From Nitrosomonas ureae (GTDB lineage: Bacteria; Pseudomonadota; Gammaproteobacteria; Burkholderiales; Nitrosomonadaceae), in the NCBI GenBank assembly GCA_945872825.1, contig CAMCBD010000004.1:3596-67595 (forward strand): DNA of 64,000 bases, read 5' to 3'. Positions 10,157 to 20,233 of the stretch are shown here, piece by piece. Under the pieces are notes generated by a model that searched no databases, had not been told where the DNA came from, and saw nothing but the letters and a program-made list of their open reading frames with translations. The first letter of the stretch is position 1; each line of letters begins with the position of its first letter. A program made the position numbers and the translations under genes.

Positions 10157-11923
10157 ATGACACAAGTTGTCGAAATAAAGATTCCCGATATCGGTGATTT
10201 CAAGGATGCTACAGTCATTGAGCTATTCGTCTCCCTCGGCGATACGGTTGAGAAGGAAACTTCGCTGATCACACTGGAAACGGACAAGGCTTCAATGGAA
10301 GTGCCTTCGCCATACGCCGGTGTGGTGCAAGCAATCAAAGTCAAAGTGGGTGATAAAGTGTCAGAAGGTTCGGTTATTCTGACTTTGACAGTGATTGAGC
10401 AACCCACAGCCGCAACGCGCTCAGGAACCACAACCGGAACCAGCGAGAAAGCAGTTGCCGCTCCTATTGTTACCCCAGCCCCTGCACCCATATCACCGCA
10501 ATCCATTCTACCGGGAGACATTCACGCCGACGTGGTGGTGCTTGGCGCTGGCCCCGGAGGATATACCGCCGCTTTCCGCGCTGCCGATCTGGGTAAAAAG
10601 GTGGTTTTAATCGAGCGCTATGCCGCGCTCGGTGGCGTGTGCTTGAATGTTGGCTGCATTCCTTCCAAGGCTTTACTTCATGCGGCCAAAGTAATCACGG
10701 AAGCAGAGGATGTTAAAGCGCAAGGTATTGTTTTTGGCAAACCCCAAATCGATATGGATAAGCTGCGCACCTGGAAAGAATCAGTCATCGGAAAACTAAC
10801 CAAAGGCCTGAAAGCACTGGCGAAACAACGCAAGGTAGAAGTCATCCATGGCAGCGGAAAATTTGCCACGCCAAATCTGATTCAGGTCGAAACTACCCAT
10901 GGGCAAAAAACGGTTTCTTTCGAGCACTGCATCATCGCAGCCGGCTCCAGTGTCACTCGCATCCCCGGTTTTCCTTACGATGATCCGCGCTTGATTGATT
11001 CTACCGGGGCGCTGCAACTAAACGGTGTGCCGAGGCACATGCTGATTATCGGTGGCGGCATCATTGGCCTGGAAATGGCCACGGTCTATTCCGCGCTGGG
11101 AAGCAAAATCAGTGTAGTGGAATGGATGGATCAATTGATTCCGGGTGCTGATCCCGATCTGGTCAAACCGCTGCATCGCCGTATCAAGAAACGCTACGAA
11201 GCGATTTATCTAAAAACCAAGGTGACTCAGATTCATGCCGGTGAATCCGGACTAACCGTGACCTTTGAAGGAGAGAGTGCACCGGAACCGCAAACCTACG
11301 ATCGTATTCTAATGGCCGTCGGACGCCGCCCGAATGGCCGCACTATCGGTGCTGAGGAAATCGGTATCCAAGTCAACGAGCGCGGTTTTATTCCAGTCGA
11401 TCAGCAAATGCGTACCAATCTGCCGCATATTTTTGCGATTGGCGATATCGTGGGTGAACCGATGCTGGCGCATAAAGCCACTTATGAAGGTAAATTAGCT
11501 GCGGAGATTATTGCCGGGCATAAAGCCATCTTTGATGCCCGCACCATTCCTTCCGTCGCTTACACCGATCCTGAAATTGCTTGGATGGGCCTGACCGAGA
11601 AAGAAGCCGTTAAGCAAGGCATTGACTACGAAAAGGCCAGCTTCCCTTGGGCTGCGAGTGGCCGCGCCATATCCATGGCACGCGAGGAAGGATTGACGCA
11701 ACTGCTGTTGGATAAAAATACCCGCCGTATACTGGGTGCTGGCATGGTAGGAATCAATGCCGGTGAGTTGATTGCGGAAACGGTTTTGGCGCTGGAAATG
11801 GGTGCGGATATGCAAGATATCAGTCTGACCATTCACCCGCATCCCACGCTTTCGGAGACCGTACTGTTCGCCGCCGAAATGGCTGAAGGAACTATCACAG
11901 ATCTTTATATACCAAAGAAATAG
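10157..11923 (+). CDS. lpdA: dihydrolipoamide dehydrogenase with N-terminal lipoyl domain
   Basis: ETDKASMEVPSP lipoyl-lysine, GAGPGGY, GGVCLNVGCIPSK, IHPHPTLSE. Confidence 0.95.
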   Translation: MTQVVEIKIPDIGDFKDATVIELFVSLGDTVEKETSLITLETDKASMEVPSPYAGVVQAIKVKVGDKVSEGSVILTLTVIEQPTAATRSGTTTGTSEKAVAAPIVTPAPAPISPQSILPGDIHADVVVLGAGPGGYTAAFRAADLGKKVVLIERYAALGGVCLNVGCIPSKALLHAAKVITEAEDVKAQGIVFGKPQIDMDKLRTWKESVIGKLTKGLKALAKQRKVEVIHGSGKFATPNLIQVETTHGQKTVSFEHCIIAAGSSVTRIPGFPYDDPRLIDSTGALQLNGVPRHMLIIGGGIIGLEMATVYSALGSKISVVEWMDQLIPGADPDLVKPLHRRIKKRYEAIYLKTKVTQIHAGESGLTVTFEGESAPEPQTYDRILMAVGRRPNGRTIGAEEIGIQVNERGFIPVDQQMRTNLPHIFAIGDIVGEPMLAHKATYEGKLAAEIIAGHKAIFDARTIPSVAYTDPEIAWMGLTEKEAVKQGIDYEKASFPWAASGRAISMAREEGLTQLLLDKNTRRILGAGMVGINAGELIAETVLALEMGADMQDISLTIHPHPTLSETVLFAAEMAEGTITDLYIPKK

Positions 11924-12014
11924 ACGACATGGGTATCTCTGAAAATTCGGAAAATACCCAGCCGGTTTCTGATTCCTGCAAACAAAGCAATTACAATCAA
12001 TTTTTACAAATTTT

Positions 12015-12415
12015 ATGATGGATGCAAAAAAACTCACAGCATTTCTTTCGCATTGCTATTCATTCTATGTGGAGTGATGCAAAATTCATTTGCAACGCAT
12101 ATCTCAGAACCTGTTCTAATCGATCCAAAAACACAATATAAAATCGGAGACATGGTTATTCTGCATGGCCGGGTAGACTACAATGCGCAGCCGGCCCCCG
12201 ATGTTTTACTTAATTTCAAGCTGATCCGCCCCGATGGCACAATGGCGGCTGATCAATCCTATCCCAGTAATGCGGAGGGTCATTTTGAATTTAAGTTTGA
12301 TAGCAAAAATGAAGTACCGGGCACTTATCAAATCACGATTACTTCACATTGCTTGGAAATTCACCGGTATGCTTGCACCTACAAAAATCAAACACTGTCT
12401 ATTGAATTGAAATAA
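12015..12415 (+). CDS. putative secreted Ig-like protein; possible frameshift in the signal peptide
   Basis: ORF 12053-12415 has no ATG start; MMDAKKLTAFLS in another frame joins ALLFILCGVMQNSFA with a 1-nt shift. Confidence 0.5.
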
Positions 12416-12509
12416 CCTAGAGAAATAACTCACACAAGATAAATAGGTTAGCTACAGTTGACAGTATTTCAAACCCTATCAATGCTTCCATGCATAAAAA
12501 AGAATACTT

Positions 12510-13313
12510 ATGGAATTTCCTATCGTAAAAATTTTCCGCAACTGCTTAACCCTTGTTCTCGCGTTCTTCTTGCTATCAGCTTGTAATCCAAAAATGAGCG
12601 ATCTCTCAGAACGCGAGTCAGCGATCAATGCTAGAGAATCAGAACTCGTAACATTATTTGCAGCGTTGGTGGAACAAAAAAAAGCATTAGAAAATAATCA
12701 AATGACCAACCAAGAAGAAAATACTTCTCCTTCCAGATCCACTGAATGTTTATGCGACTCGATGAGCGATCTCAATCCAGCTGTGAATACTCAAAAAGAC
12801 AAAACAACGGTGAGATATACCCGAACAGTATCCAGTGGTGTTGAGAAAATTCACCTTGCCCCAGACTCCAGAACATTATTAGGCCGTATTGAAAAAGTTT
12901 ACATGGATCCTCCCGGTATGGAATTTAACGCGCGGATTGACACCGGTGCTCAGACATCCTCACTGAATGCGATTGATATTGTTGAATTCGAACGGGATGG
13001 CAAACCGCACGTGCGATTTAATGTCATCAATCCCAAAACCGGAGAAAAAACTGAAATAACCAGGCGATTGCGTCGTTATGCACGGGTCAAGGAACTGAAC
13101 AATAAAGAATCACAAAATCGCCCGGTGGTCAGAATGCGTGTTGTAATCGCCGACATTGATGAACAAATAAATTTTACGCTGGTGGATCGCAGCAAACTCA
13201 AAAATCAGGTTCTGATAGGACGCAATTTATTACGTGATCTCGCAATCGTGGACGTCAGCAAGAAATATACGACTGCCAAGAATGATAAAGTAAAACAAGG
13301 TGATCTCAGGTAA
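12510..13313 (+). CDS. retropepsin-like aspartic peptidase (RimK-associated, often annotated ATP-dependent Zn protease), lipoprotein
   Basis: LSAC lipobox, ARIDTGAQTSSL, VLIGRNLL. Confidence 0.85.
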   Translation: MEFPIVKIFRNCLTLVLAFFLLSACNPKMSDLSERESAINARESELVTLFAALVEQKKALENNQMTNQEENTSPSRSTECLCDSMSDLNPAVNTQKDKTTVRYTRTVSSGVEKIHLAPDSRTLLGRIEKVYMDPPGMEFNARIDTGAQTSSLNAIDIVEFERDGKPHVRFNVINPKTGEKTEITRRLRRYARVKELNNKESQNRPVVRMRVVIADIDEQINFTLVDRSKLKNQVLIGRNLLRDLAIVDVSKKYTTAKNDKVKQGDLR

Positions 13314-14866
13314 TGTCCCCCAAATTGAGGCTCTATATTTTAGTTTTTCTGATTATGGGGCTTGGCATAGGTCTGATTTCATATAAGCACTTTGCTTTGG
13401 GATTCCCATTATCGCCTGATGACAAGAAATCAGTCTGGACAATTGAAGCCAAAATCGATTTCATTGCACGCGGTGATCCCGTTATCGTCTCGTTCGCACT
13501 CCCCCCGAAAACACCCAATGTTGTCTTTATGGAAGAAGATTTTGCTTCGCCTGGTTATGGGTTTAGTGAATTAGCTTCTCCAGCAGGACGTCGCGCGCAA
13601 TGGAGCAAAAGAACGGCATCAGGGCCTCAAACAGCTTATTACCGCCTGAGCATGTACGAAACTGACCAATTCATTCAACCACCCATTGCAGCAGCAGATC
13701 TTCCCGCAGAACCAGAAAAACCTGAATTTGATGGGGTACTTAAGACCGCAGCCATCACATTATTAGATCAAGTTCGCAGCAAATCGGCTAATACTGAAAT
13801 CTTTACCCGTGAGTTGATCAGAACTTTAAATTCCAATACCCCTGATCAGAATCAACGCTTACTCCTCAATGACCAATCCAGCGAAGATTATAAAACCAAC
13901 TTAATCATTCATTTACTGGCATCAGAAGGTATTAGTGCGCATATTGTTCGTGGACTCTATCTGAATGAGGGCCGAAAAAGATTGTCGCTAACCAACTTTG
14001 TGGAAGTTTATATAGGCGGCCGATGGCTTTTGTTTAATCAGAACACCGGAGAGAATGGGAAACCCAAGAACTTCCTGGTCTGGCAACGTGGCGATCAGTC
14101 TCTGCTGGATGTCATCGGGGGGAAAAACTCGAAAATTTCCTTCTCTATCATAAAAAGTATCCAATCAACCAGAAATCTCGCCGTGCGTGACAGCATCAGC
14201 AAACAAGCCGGGCTAATCGATTTCTCTATATACAGCTTACCGATTGAACAACAAAATGCATTCAAAATGATCTTATTATTACCGATCGGCGCATTGATTG
14301 TGGTCATTATGCGCCTGTTGATCGGCATACGGACTTCCGGCACATTTATGCCGATTTTGATCGCATTGGCGTTGATTCAAACCACCTTGCTAACCGGCAT
14401 CATCATCTTTCTGACTGTCGTTGGCACAGGGCTACTGATCCGATCTTACTTATCGCGCTTAAACTTGCTGTTTGTAGCGCGTATCTCGGCGGTGATCATT
14501 GTGGTGATCGCAATTATGGCGAGTATCAGTATCATCAGTAATAAACTCGGAATTGATCAGGCCATGACGGTAACTTTCTTCCCGATGATCATCTTGTCAT
14601 GGACCATTGAACGCATGTCGGTTCTGTGGGAAGAGGATGGCCCTAGAGAAGTCTTTATCCAGGGCGGTGGTAGCCTGTTAACAGCGGTTATTGCTTATTT
14701 GTTTATGACGAACCGGACGATTGAATATCTAACCTTTAACTTTCCCGAACTGATGCTGGTCAATCTGGCACTCATCCTAATTCTTGGACAATATACCGGC
14801 TACCGATTATCCGAGCTGTATCGTTTTCATGCTCTGGAAAGACGCAATGTTACTGGCAAGCGCTAA
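13313..14866 (+). CDS. inactive transglutaminase fused to a 7TM domain
   Basis: WTIEAKIDF, FSIYSLPIEQQNAFKMILLLPIG, TSGTFMPILIA, FFPMIILSWTIERMS. Confidence 0.88.
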   Translation: MSPKLRLYILVFLIMGLGIGLISYKHFALGFPLSPDDKKSVWTIEAKIDFIARGDPVIVSFALPPKTPNVVFMEEDFASPGYGFSELASPAGRRAQWSKRTASGPQTAYYRLSMYETDQFIQPPIAAADLPAEPEKPEFDGVLKTAAITLLDQVRSKSANTEIFTRELIRTLNSNTPDQNQRLLLNDQSSEDYKTNLIIHLLASEGISAHIVRGLYLNEGRKRLSLTNFVEVYIGGRWLLFNQNTGENGKPKNFLVWQRGDQSLLDVIGGKNSKISFSIIKSIQSTRNLAVRDSISKQAGLIDFSIYSLPIEQQNAFKMILLLPIGALIVVIMRLLIGIRTSGTFMPILIALALIQTTLLTGIIIFLTVVGTGLLIRSYLSRLNLLFVARISAVIIVVIAIMASISIISNKLGIDQAMTVTFFPMIILSWTIERMSVLWEEDGPREVFIQGGGSLLTAVIAYLFMTNRTIEYLTFNFPELMLVNLALILILGQYTGYRLSELYRFHALERRNVTGKR

Positions 14867-15848
14867 GAAACTCAGGAGTTTTGGCATCATCGGGATGAAT
14901 CAAAGGAATTTCGGTTTGATCTCCCACTACAACCCGCGCCATTTATACCCGCTTGTTGATGACAAACTAAAAACCAAGTTGCTGGCACAAGAAGCTGGTA
15001 TTACCGTGCCCAAATTACTCGGTACCGTGGAATATCAGCATGATGTCAAACTGCTGAAAAAAATACTCCAGCCGCACGCCCAGTTCGTCATAAAACCGGT
15101 CAAGGGCAGTGGTGGAAAAGGTATCCTGGTGATTACCGAACATGATCATAATCTCTACTTCAAACCCAGCGGGGATTCGATACAACTGGCGGATATCGAA
15201 CGGCATGTATCGAATATTCTGAGCGGTCTCCATAGCTTGGGCGGCAAGCCCGATAACGTCATGATCGAGTCGTTAATACAACTTGATCCGGTTTTTTCTG
15301 ACTATAGTTATGAAGGCATTCCTGATCTGCGCATCATTGTACTCTGCGGTTATCCCATTATGGCCATGCTACGGCTCACAACCCATGTCTCCGATGGCAA
15401 AGCCAATCTACATCAGGGTGCAGTGGGGGTTGGAATCGACATGGGCACTGGTCATGCGTTACATGCTGTGCAATATGGAGAACCGGTCTTACACCACCCA
15501 GATACACGCAAGACTTTCTCAGAATTAGTCATCCCGCATTGGGACAAACTCTTACAATTGGCTGCCGCTTGCTATGAAATGACTGGCTTGGGATACCTGG
15601 GTGCGGATATTGTGTTGGACAGAGACCAAGGCCCCATGATTATTGAACTCAACGCACGCCCAGGGCTTTCCATTCAAGTGGCTAACGCTGCCGGTCTAGC
15701 ACCGCGTGTTGCCGTCATCGAAGCACTCAAGGCAATTGATCCTGATCCACAATCACGTGCTGCTTTCAGCAAGCAACAATTCACAGCAAATGCAGGCACT
15801 CATCCACCTCGTCTGCTGCGTACCCGAAGCGATGACCCCAAACCGTAA
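14847..15848 (+). CDS. alpha-L-glutamate ligase-like ATP-grasp protein (RimK-related)
   Basis: LVDDKLKTK, FVIKPVKGSGGKGI, GKANLHQGAVGVGID, IELNARPGLSIQ. Confidence 0.9.
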   Translation: MLLASAKKLRSFGIIGMNQRNFGLISHYNPRHLYPLVDDKLKTKLLAQEAGITVPKLLGTVEYQHDVKLLKKILQPHAQFVIKPVKGSGGKGILVITEHDHNLYFKPSGDSIQLADIERHVSNILSGLHSLGGKPDNVMIESLIQLDPVFSDYSYEGIPDLRIIVLCGYPIMAMLRLTTHVSDGKANLHQGAVGVGIDMGTGHALHAVQYGEPVLHHPDTRKTFSELVIPHWDKLLQLAAACYEMTGLGYLGADIVLDRDQGPMIIELNARPGLSIQVANAAGLAPRVAVIEALKAIDPDPQSRAAFSKQQFTANAGTHPPRLLRTRSDDPKP

Positions 15849-15886
15849 GCAATTCAAACAAACCTCAATAGACTGGATAAGCGCAA

Positions 15887-17551
15887 TTAGTCATCTGTAT
15901 TAACAACAACTTTATTGCGCCCTCTCTGTTTAGCCTGAAACAGCGCTTTATCTGCTGCCTCGCTCAGACTCGCAGCATCCGGAAAATGGGCAAGATCCGC
16001 TATGCCACAACTAAAACTGACTGAGAATTCTTCATCTTGACTCAGATGTAATAGGCGCGAAAAAACATTGCGGATCTCATCAATCACTTTTGCAGCCGAC
16101 GCGGCATCGGTATCATTCATAATGACAGCGAATTCTTCGCCACCGTATCGCCCGATAATATCTGTTCCACGCAAACGTTGCTTTAACAGTCTAGACAGGC
16201 TCTTAATCACACGATCGCCCGCAGCATGTCCGTACTTATTATTGATTTTTGTAAAGGAATCGATATCCACTAAAGCAAATGACATCGGCGTATCCAGTCG
16301 AATGGAGCGCACCGCCTCACGCACTAATTCTTCCTTAAGCGCCGTATGATTGAGTAAACTTGTCAAACCGTCATGCACCATCAGAGAACGTAAAGAACGC
16401 GCACGCATCACGCGCGATGTGACCGCTGAAACCAGATGTCTGGGATCAATGGGTCTAACCAAGAAATCGTCACCGCTCAGACTCAGCGCTTCAAATTGCG
16501 TGTTGAAATCATTTTCAGAGGAAAGATAAACAATGGGGGTGCTCACAAAACCATCCATCTGCCGGATAATTTTTGCCAATTCAATACCATTACAGCCTGG
16601 CATATACAGATCCATCAGGATCAGATCTGGATTAAAATCACTCAATACTGCCATTAGATTCATGGATTCTGTTACCGCTTTCACGACCATTCCGGCCTGC
16701 TCCAGTATCGCAGCATGGTAGGAAAGTACCGCTGGACTATCATCTACCATTAATATACGAAAAGAATCCTGAATCTGTGATGCTGTTATTAAATCAAGCT
16801 GGCCAATTAACTCAACAGAATTGAATGGCTTTATGAAATACGCAACACTACCGGCTCGAACCGCTCCTAGCCGGTAATCCATATTATCATGCACTGAAAT
16901 AAAAATGACTTGTGCAGGTTGCGCCAATTCCTGTTGAACCTCTTCCATAACATGGATACCCCCCATTTCGTCCCCAGGGAACTCCGTTTCCATGAGAATA
17001 ATGGCATGGGGTTGATCTTTGATGGCCGTCCGGAATTTGTCCAGATGATTAAACACCTCCACTTCATAGCCGTAATAGCGCAATTGCAACGCAAGCTCCT
17101 GCGCCGCTTCAGCATCATCGTCCACCACAAATATCAGATTGGATGGATTCGGGTTTGAGAAAAACGCATCTTCATCCACTATCGCCTGAGTAATATCGTT
17201 TGCAACATTGGATTCCTTCTCAGCCGAAATCTTCTTCAGTTCAAGAATCTGCTGCAAGATCCGGTTTAACTGCAGATCATCCGCTGAAACCGATTTCTGC
17301 ATTAAGTTCTTAAGGATTTGTTCCAGCGCATGCGCTTCAACACTCAGCTGCGGAAAGCCAAATATCTTGCCAGTGCCAACCAAATTATGAACTGCGCGAT
17401 GAAGTTCCTGTAAAACAGTCGCATCCCATCCAGTCAACAATCTATTCCATATCGCTTCTATTTCATTAATCCTATCCGGCAATTCCTCTGCAAACGAAGT
17501 GACCAACAAGCACATTTTTTCCTGAAATTCGCTGTGTACTCTATTTTCCAT
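15887..17551 (-). CDS. Hpt-REC-REC-GGDEF diguanylate cyclase
   Basis: HNLVGTG Hpt motif, two receiver domains, intact RYGGEEF. Confidence 0.9.
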   Translation of the reverse strand: MENRVHSEFQEKMCLLVTSFAEELPDRINEIEAIWNRLLTGWDATVLQELHRAVHNLVGTGKIFGFPQLSVEAHALEQILKNLMQKSVSADDLQLNRILQQILELKKISAEKESNVANDITQAIVDEDAFFSNPNPSNLIFVVDDDAEAAQELALQLRYYGYEVEVFNHLDKFRTAIKDQPHAIILMETEFPGDEMGGIHVMEEVQQELAQPAQVIFISVHDNMDYRLGAVRAGSVAYFIKPFNSVELIGQLDLITASQIQDSFRILMVDDSPAVLSYHAAILEQAGMVVKAVTESMNLMAVLSDFNPDLILMDLYMPGCNGIELAKIIRQMDGFVSTPIVYLSSENDFNTQFEALSLSGDDFLVRPIDPRHLVSAVTSRVMRARSLRSLMVHDGLTSLLNHTALKEELVREAVRSIRLDTPMSFALVDIDSFTKINNKYGHAAGDRVIKSLSRLLKQRLRGTDIIGRYGGEEFAVIMNDTDAASAAKVIDEIRNVFSRLLHLSQDEEFSVSFSCGIADLAHFPDAASLSEAADKALFQAKQRGRNKVVVNTDD

Positions 17552-17970
17552 AATATGGTGCCCAATGTTGTTCGATCTCAGTGAGTTGCTTCATGGGATC
17601 AAATGATTTTGCGATAACAGTCAATGTAACCAGATTCATGGCATGCGCAACCTAATTCAATTGCACCCTGGCAATCATCAATATAACAGGAACATCTCAT
17701 CAGCCTGTAGAATTTTCCAAAAGTGCTCCTTGTTGTTATACCATCCTTATCATGACATCCGGTAATATAAGATACGAAGTATTCCTCTATCATTCTGGAT
17801 CTTCACTGCCCGTCCAAACAGCAAGAAGCTTTATCTGATCGACGAGTTCGATACAATCAGTACAATTACCCGTTCATTTTAATTAAAGAAGTTGGAACTC
17901 AATCCTGCGATCTAACACCTAAAACCCGGTTACTTAATCATTTTACCTTTTAAACTATTTATTAGCAGCC

Positions 17971-18840
17971 ATGTTACATAAAATAGCTATCCAGATTCTG
18001 GCTTTCATCATCGCAATCACGCTTGGCATCTTTGCCATTGGCGCACTCTTGACCGCACCGGCGCCCACGGCAGTAGGAACACTCTCTGCAGATTTTCCGG
18101 TTGAATCGGTGCAGATTCCTGCTCCGAATGAATCCACGGTACATGGCTGGCTAGTTTATGGGCAACCCGGTGGCGGCGTTGTATTACTGGCGCATTCGAT
18201 GCGCAGTAACCGACTCGAGATGCTGAGTCGGGCACGATTCCTGAGAGATCAGGGATATAGTGTTCTATTTATTGATTTACAAGCGCATGGTGAAACTGCC
18301 GGAGAAAAAATTACTTTTGGTTTGAGGGAATCTGAAAATATTGAAGCATCAATCGTGTTTCTGCGAAAAACTTTCCCTGCGGAGCGGATCGGTGCAATCG
18401 GTGTTTCTCTGGGCGCTGCGGCCATTGTACTTGCCAAACATGATTTGAAGCTGAGTGCCGTCATCTTGGAATCATTACATCCCACCATTGAAGAAGCAGT
18501 TGATAATCGCTTGAAGCTCCATTTTGGAAACTACGGATCGGTACTTTTACCGCTCATGCTGTCGCAACTAACTTTTTACCTGGATACTTCTACCACAGCA
18601 TTAAGTCCTATCACTCGAATCAATAATCTTAACGCACCATTATTGATAATCTCCGGGACAGAAGATGCGCACACAACGCAACTGGAAACCGAACGTCTCT
18701 ATGCTGCCGCCAGAACCCCAAAGGAGCTATGGAATGTTCCTGGCGCGAGACATTTCAATATGCATACTTATGCCGGTCGAGAATATGAACAACGTATTAG
18801 CGCTTTTCTATCACAATATCTACGCCAAAATGTTAACTGA
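17971..18840 (+). CDS. alpha/beta hydrolase with N-terminal anchor
   Basis: GVSLG nucleophile elbow, D..H triad region, DLQAHGET. Confidence 0.85.
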   Translation: MLHKIAIQILAFIIAITLGIFAIGALLTAPAPTAVGTLSADFPVESVQIPAPNESTVHGWLVYGQPGGGVVLLAHSMRSNRLEMLSRARFLRDQGYSVLFIDLQAHGETAGEKITFGLRESENIEASIVFLRKTFPAERIGAIGVSLGAAAIVLAKHDLKLSAVILESLHPTIEEAVDNRLKLHFGNYGSVLLPLMLSQLTFYLDTSTTALSPITRINNLNAPLLIISGTEDAHTTQLETERLYAAARTPKELWNVPGARHFNMHTYAGREYEQRISAFLSQYLRQNVN

Positions 18841-18964
18841 TAGCGCTCAACATATCGATCAGGAATCATTGCCCCGCCACAAGAACGCAGATGTGATAAA
18901 GTCACTTGTATTGTTTAGCCTGTCTTAGAAACCATATTTCTGCTTTTACAAGAAGGAATCCAAT

Positions 18965-19414
18965 ATGAATAACTACCAGAATATTCTACTTGCTATCGAT
19001 TTCTCCGATTATGGCCATTTTGTGGCGCAAAGGGCAAAATCTCTGGCGAATCAATTTAATGCACATCTCCATATCATTCATGTTCTGGATAATATTCCTA
19101 TGCCTGACACGCCTTATGGCATGGTGATTCTACTGAATGAAGATTCATCGTATGATTTACTGGAAGCAGAAAAAAATAAATTAATACAAATCAGCAAGCA
19201 ACTGGATATTTCACCAGAACACCGCTGGATGATCTGGGGTGAGCCACAACAGGAAATCACCCAGCTTGCCGCACAAGAACACATTGATCTGATTGTTGTG
19301 GGTTCACATGGGCGCCATGGACTTGCCGTACTGATGGGTTCAACGGCCAAGGGCGTTTTATATCATGCAGAATGTGATGTACTGGCTATTCACCTGAAAG
19401 ACCATCAAGAATAA
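18965..19414 (+). CDS. universal stress protein
   Basis: ILLAIDFS, DLIVVGSHGRHG, MGSTAKGVL. Confidence 0.92.
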   Translation: MNNYQNILLAIDFSDYGHFVAQRAKSLANQFNAHLHIIHVLDNIPMPDTPYGMVILLNEDSSYDLLEAEKNKLIQISKQLDISPEHRWMIWGEPQQEITQLAAQEHIDLIVVGSHGRHGLAVLMGSTAKGVLYHAECDVLAIHLKDHQE

Positions 19415-19429
19415 ACTGAGGTGATCAGA

Positions 19430-20233
19430 TTATCTCCAGAACTGCCACCAAGCCTTAGCGCCTACCTCTGGCAATTCCGCAAGAAAGTGGCTGTTAGGAA
19501 AATTGATTCGCATCACGCGCTCGGCATCATCCCGCAAATCAAACATTTCCAGTGCTTCATAGGCTTTAATCATAATATATAAAGCTTCTTCAGTCGCTGG
19601 TGTACGAGGATACTCCTTGACTGCATTTTGCGCTCGGTTGGCCGCAGCAACGTATGCCTTGCGCTTCATATAGTAGCGTGCAACATGAATTTCACTCATC
19701 GCAACCGCATTAACCAAATAGGCCATACGCTGTCTGGCATCGACCGCGTATTTGCTCTCGGGAAATCTCGTCGCTAGTTCTTTAAAATTTTCAAATGACT
19801 CACGTGATGCTTTTGAATCACGCTCACTCATATCCTGTTTGAGCGGGCCTTTCATCAAGAAACCCATCATTCCCCAATTGTCGTTAAAACTTGATAATCC
19901 CTTTATATAATAAGCATAATCAACATTCACATGATGCGGATGCAATTTAATAAATCGATCCGTGGCTGCGATTGCGGAAGCCGGTTCTTCATTTTTATAA
20001 TGCGCGTAGGCAATTTCAAGCTGCGCCTGCTGCGCGATCCGTCCATAAGGATAGCGCGCTTCCAGTGATTCATACAGTTTGATGGCTGCAGCATAACTAC
20101 CATCATTCAATTTATCTTTTGCTTCACTATAGAACTTATTGGCAGACCAGTCCTGCTGATCTTCGGTGCGATCCGGCAACAAGCCACATGCCGGTAACCA
20201 TAACACCAGAATTAAAGCTAAACTACGTAACAT
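19430..20233 (-). CDS. bamD: outer membrane assembly lipoprotein BamD (ComL)
   Basis: LPAC lipobox, LEARYPYGRIAQQAQL, HEIxVARYY-like motif, divergent from rluD. Confidence 0.93.
   Translation of the reverse strand: MLRSLALILVLWLPACGLLPDRTEDQQDWSANKFYSEAKDKLNDGSYAAAIKLYESLEARYPYGRIAQQAQLEIAYAHYKNEEPASAIAATDRFIKLHPHHVNVDYAYYIKGLSSFNDNWGMMGFLMKGPLKQDMSERDSKASRESFENFKELATRFPESKYAVDARQRMAYLVNAVAMSEIHVARYYMKRKAYVAAANRAQNAVKEYPRTPATEEALYIMIKAYEALEMFDLRDDAERVMRINFPNSHFLAELPEVGAKAWWQFWR

Noticed and set aside
10157-10420. Lipoyl domain fused to LpdA as a novelty
   Set aside because: This architecture is well known in betaproteobacteria (Neisseria, Ralstonia).
17599-17793. 64-aa Cys-rich ORF upstream of the diguanylate cyclase
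   Set aside because: No convincing RBS or recognisable motif; may be a chance ORF in a promoter region.
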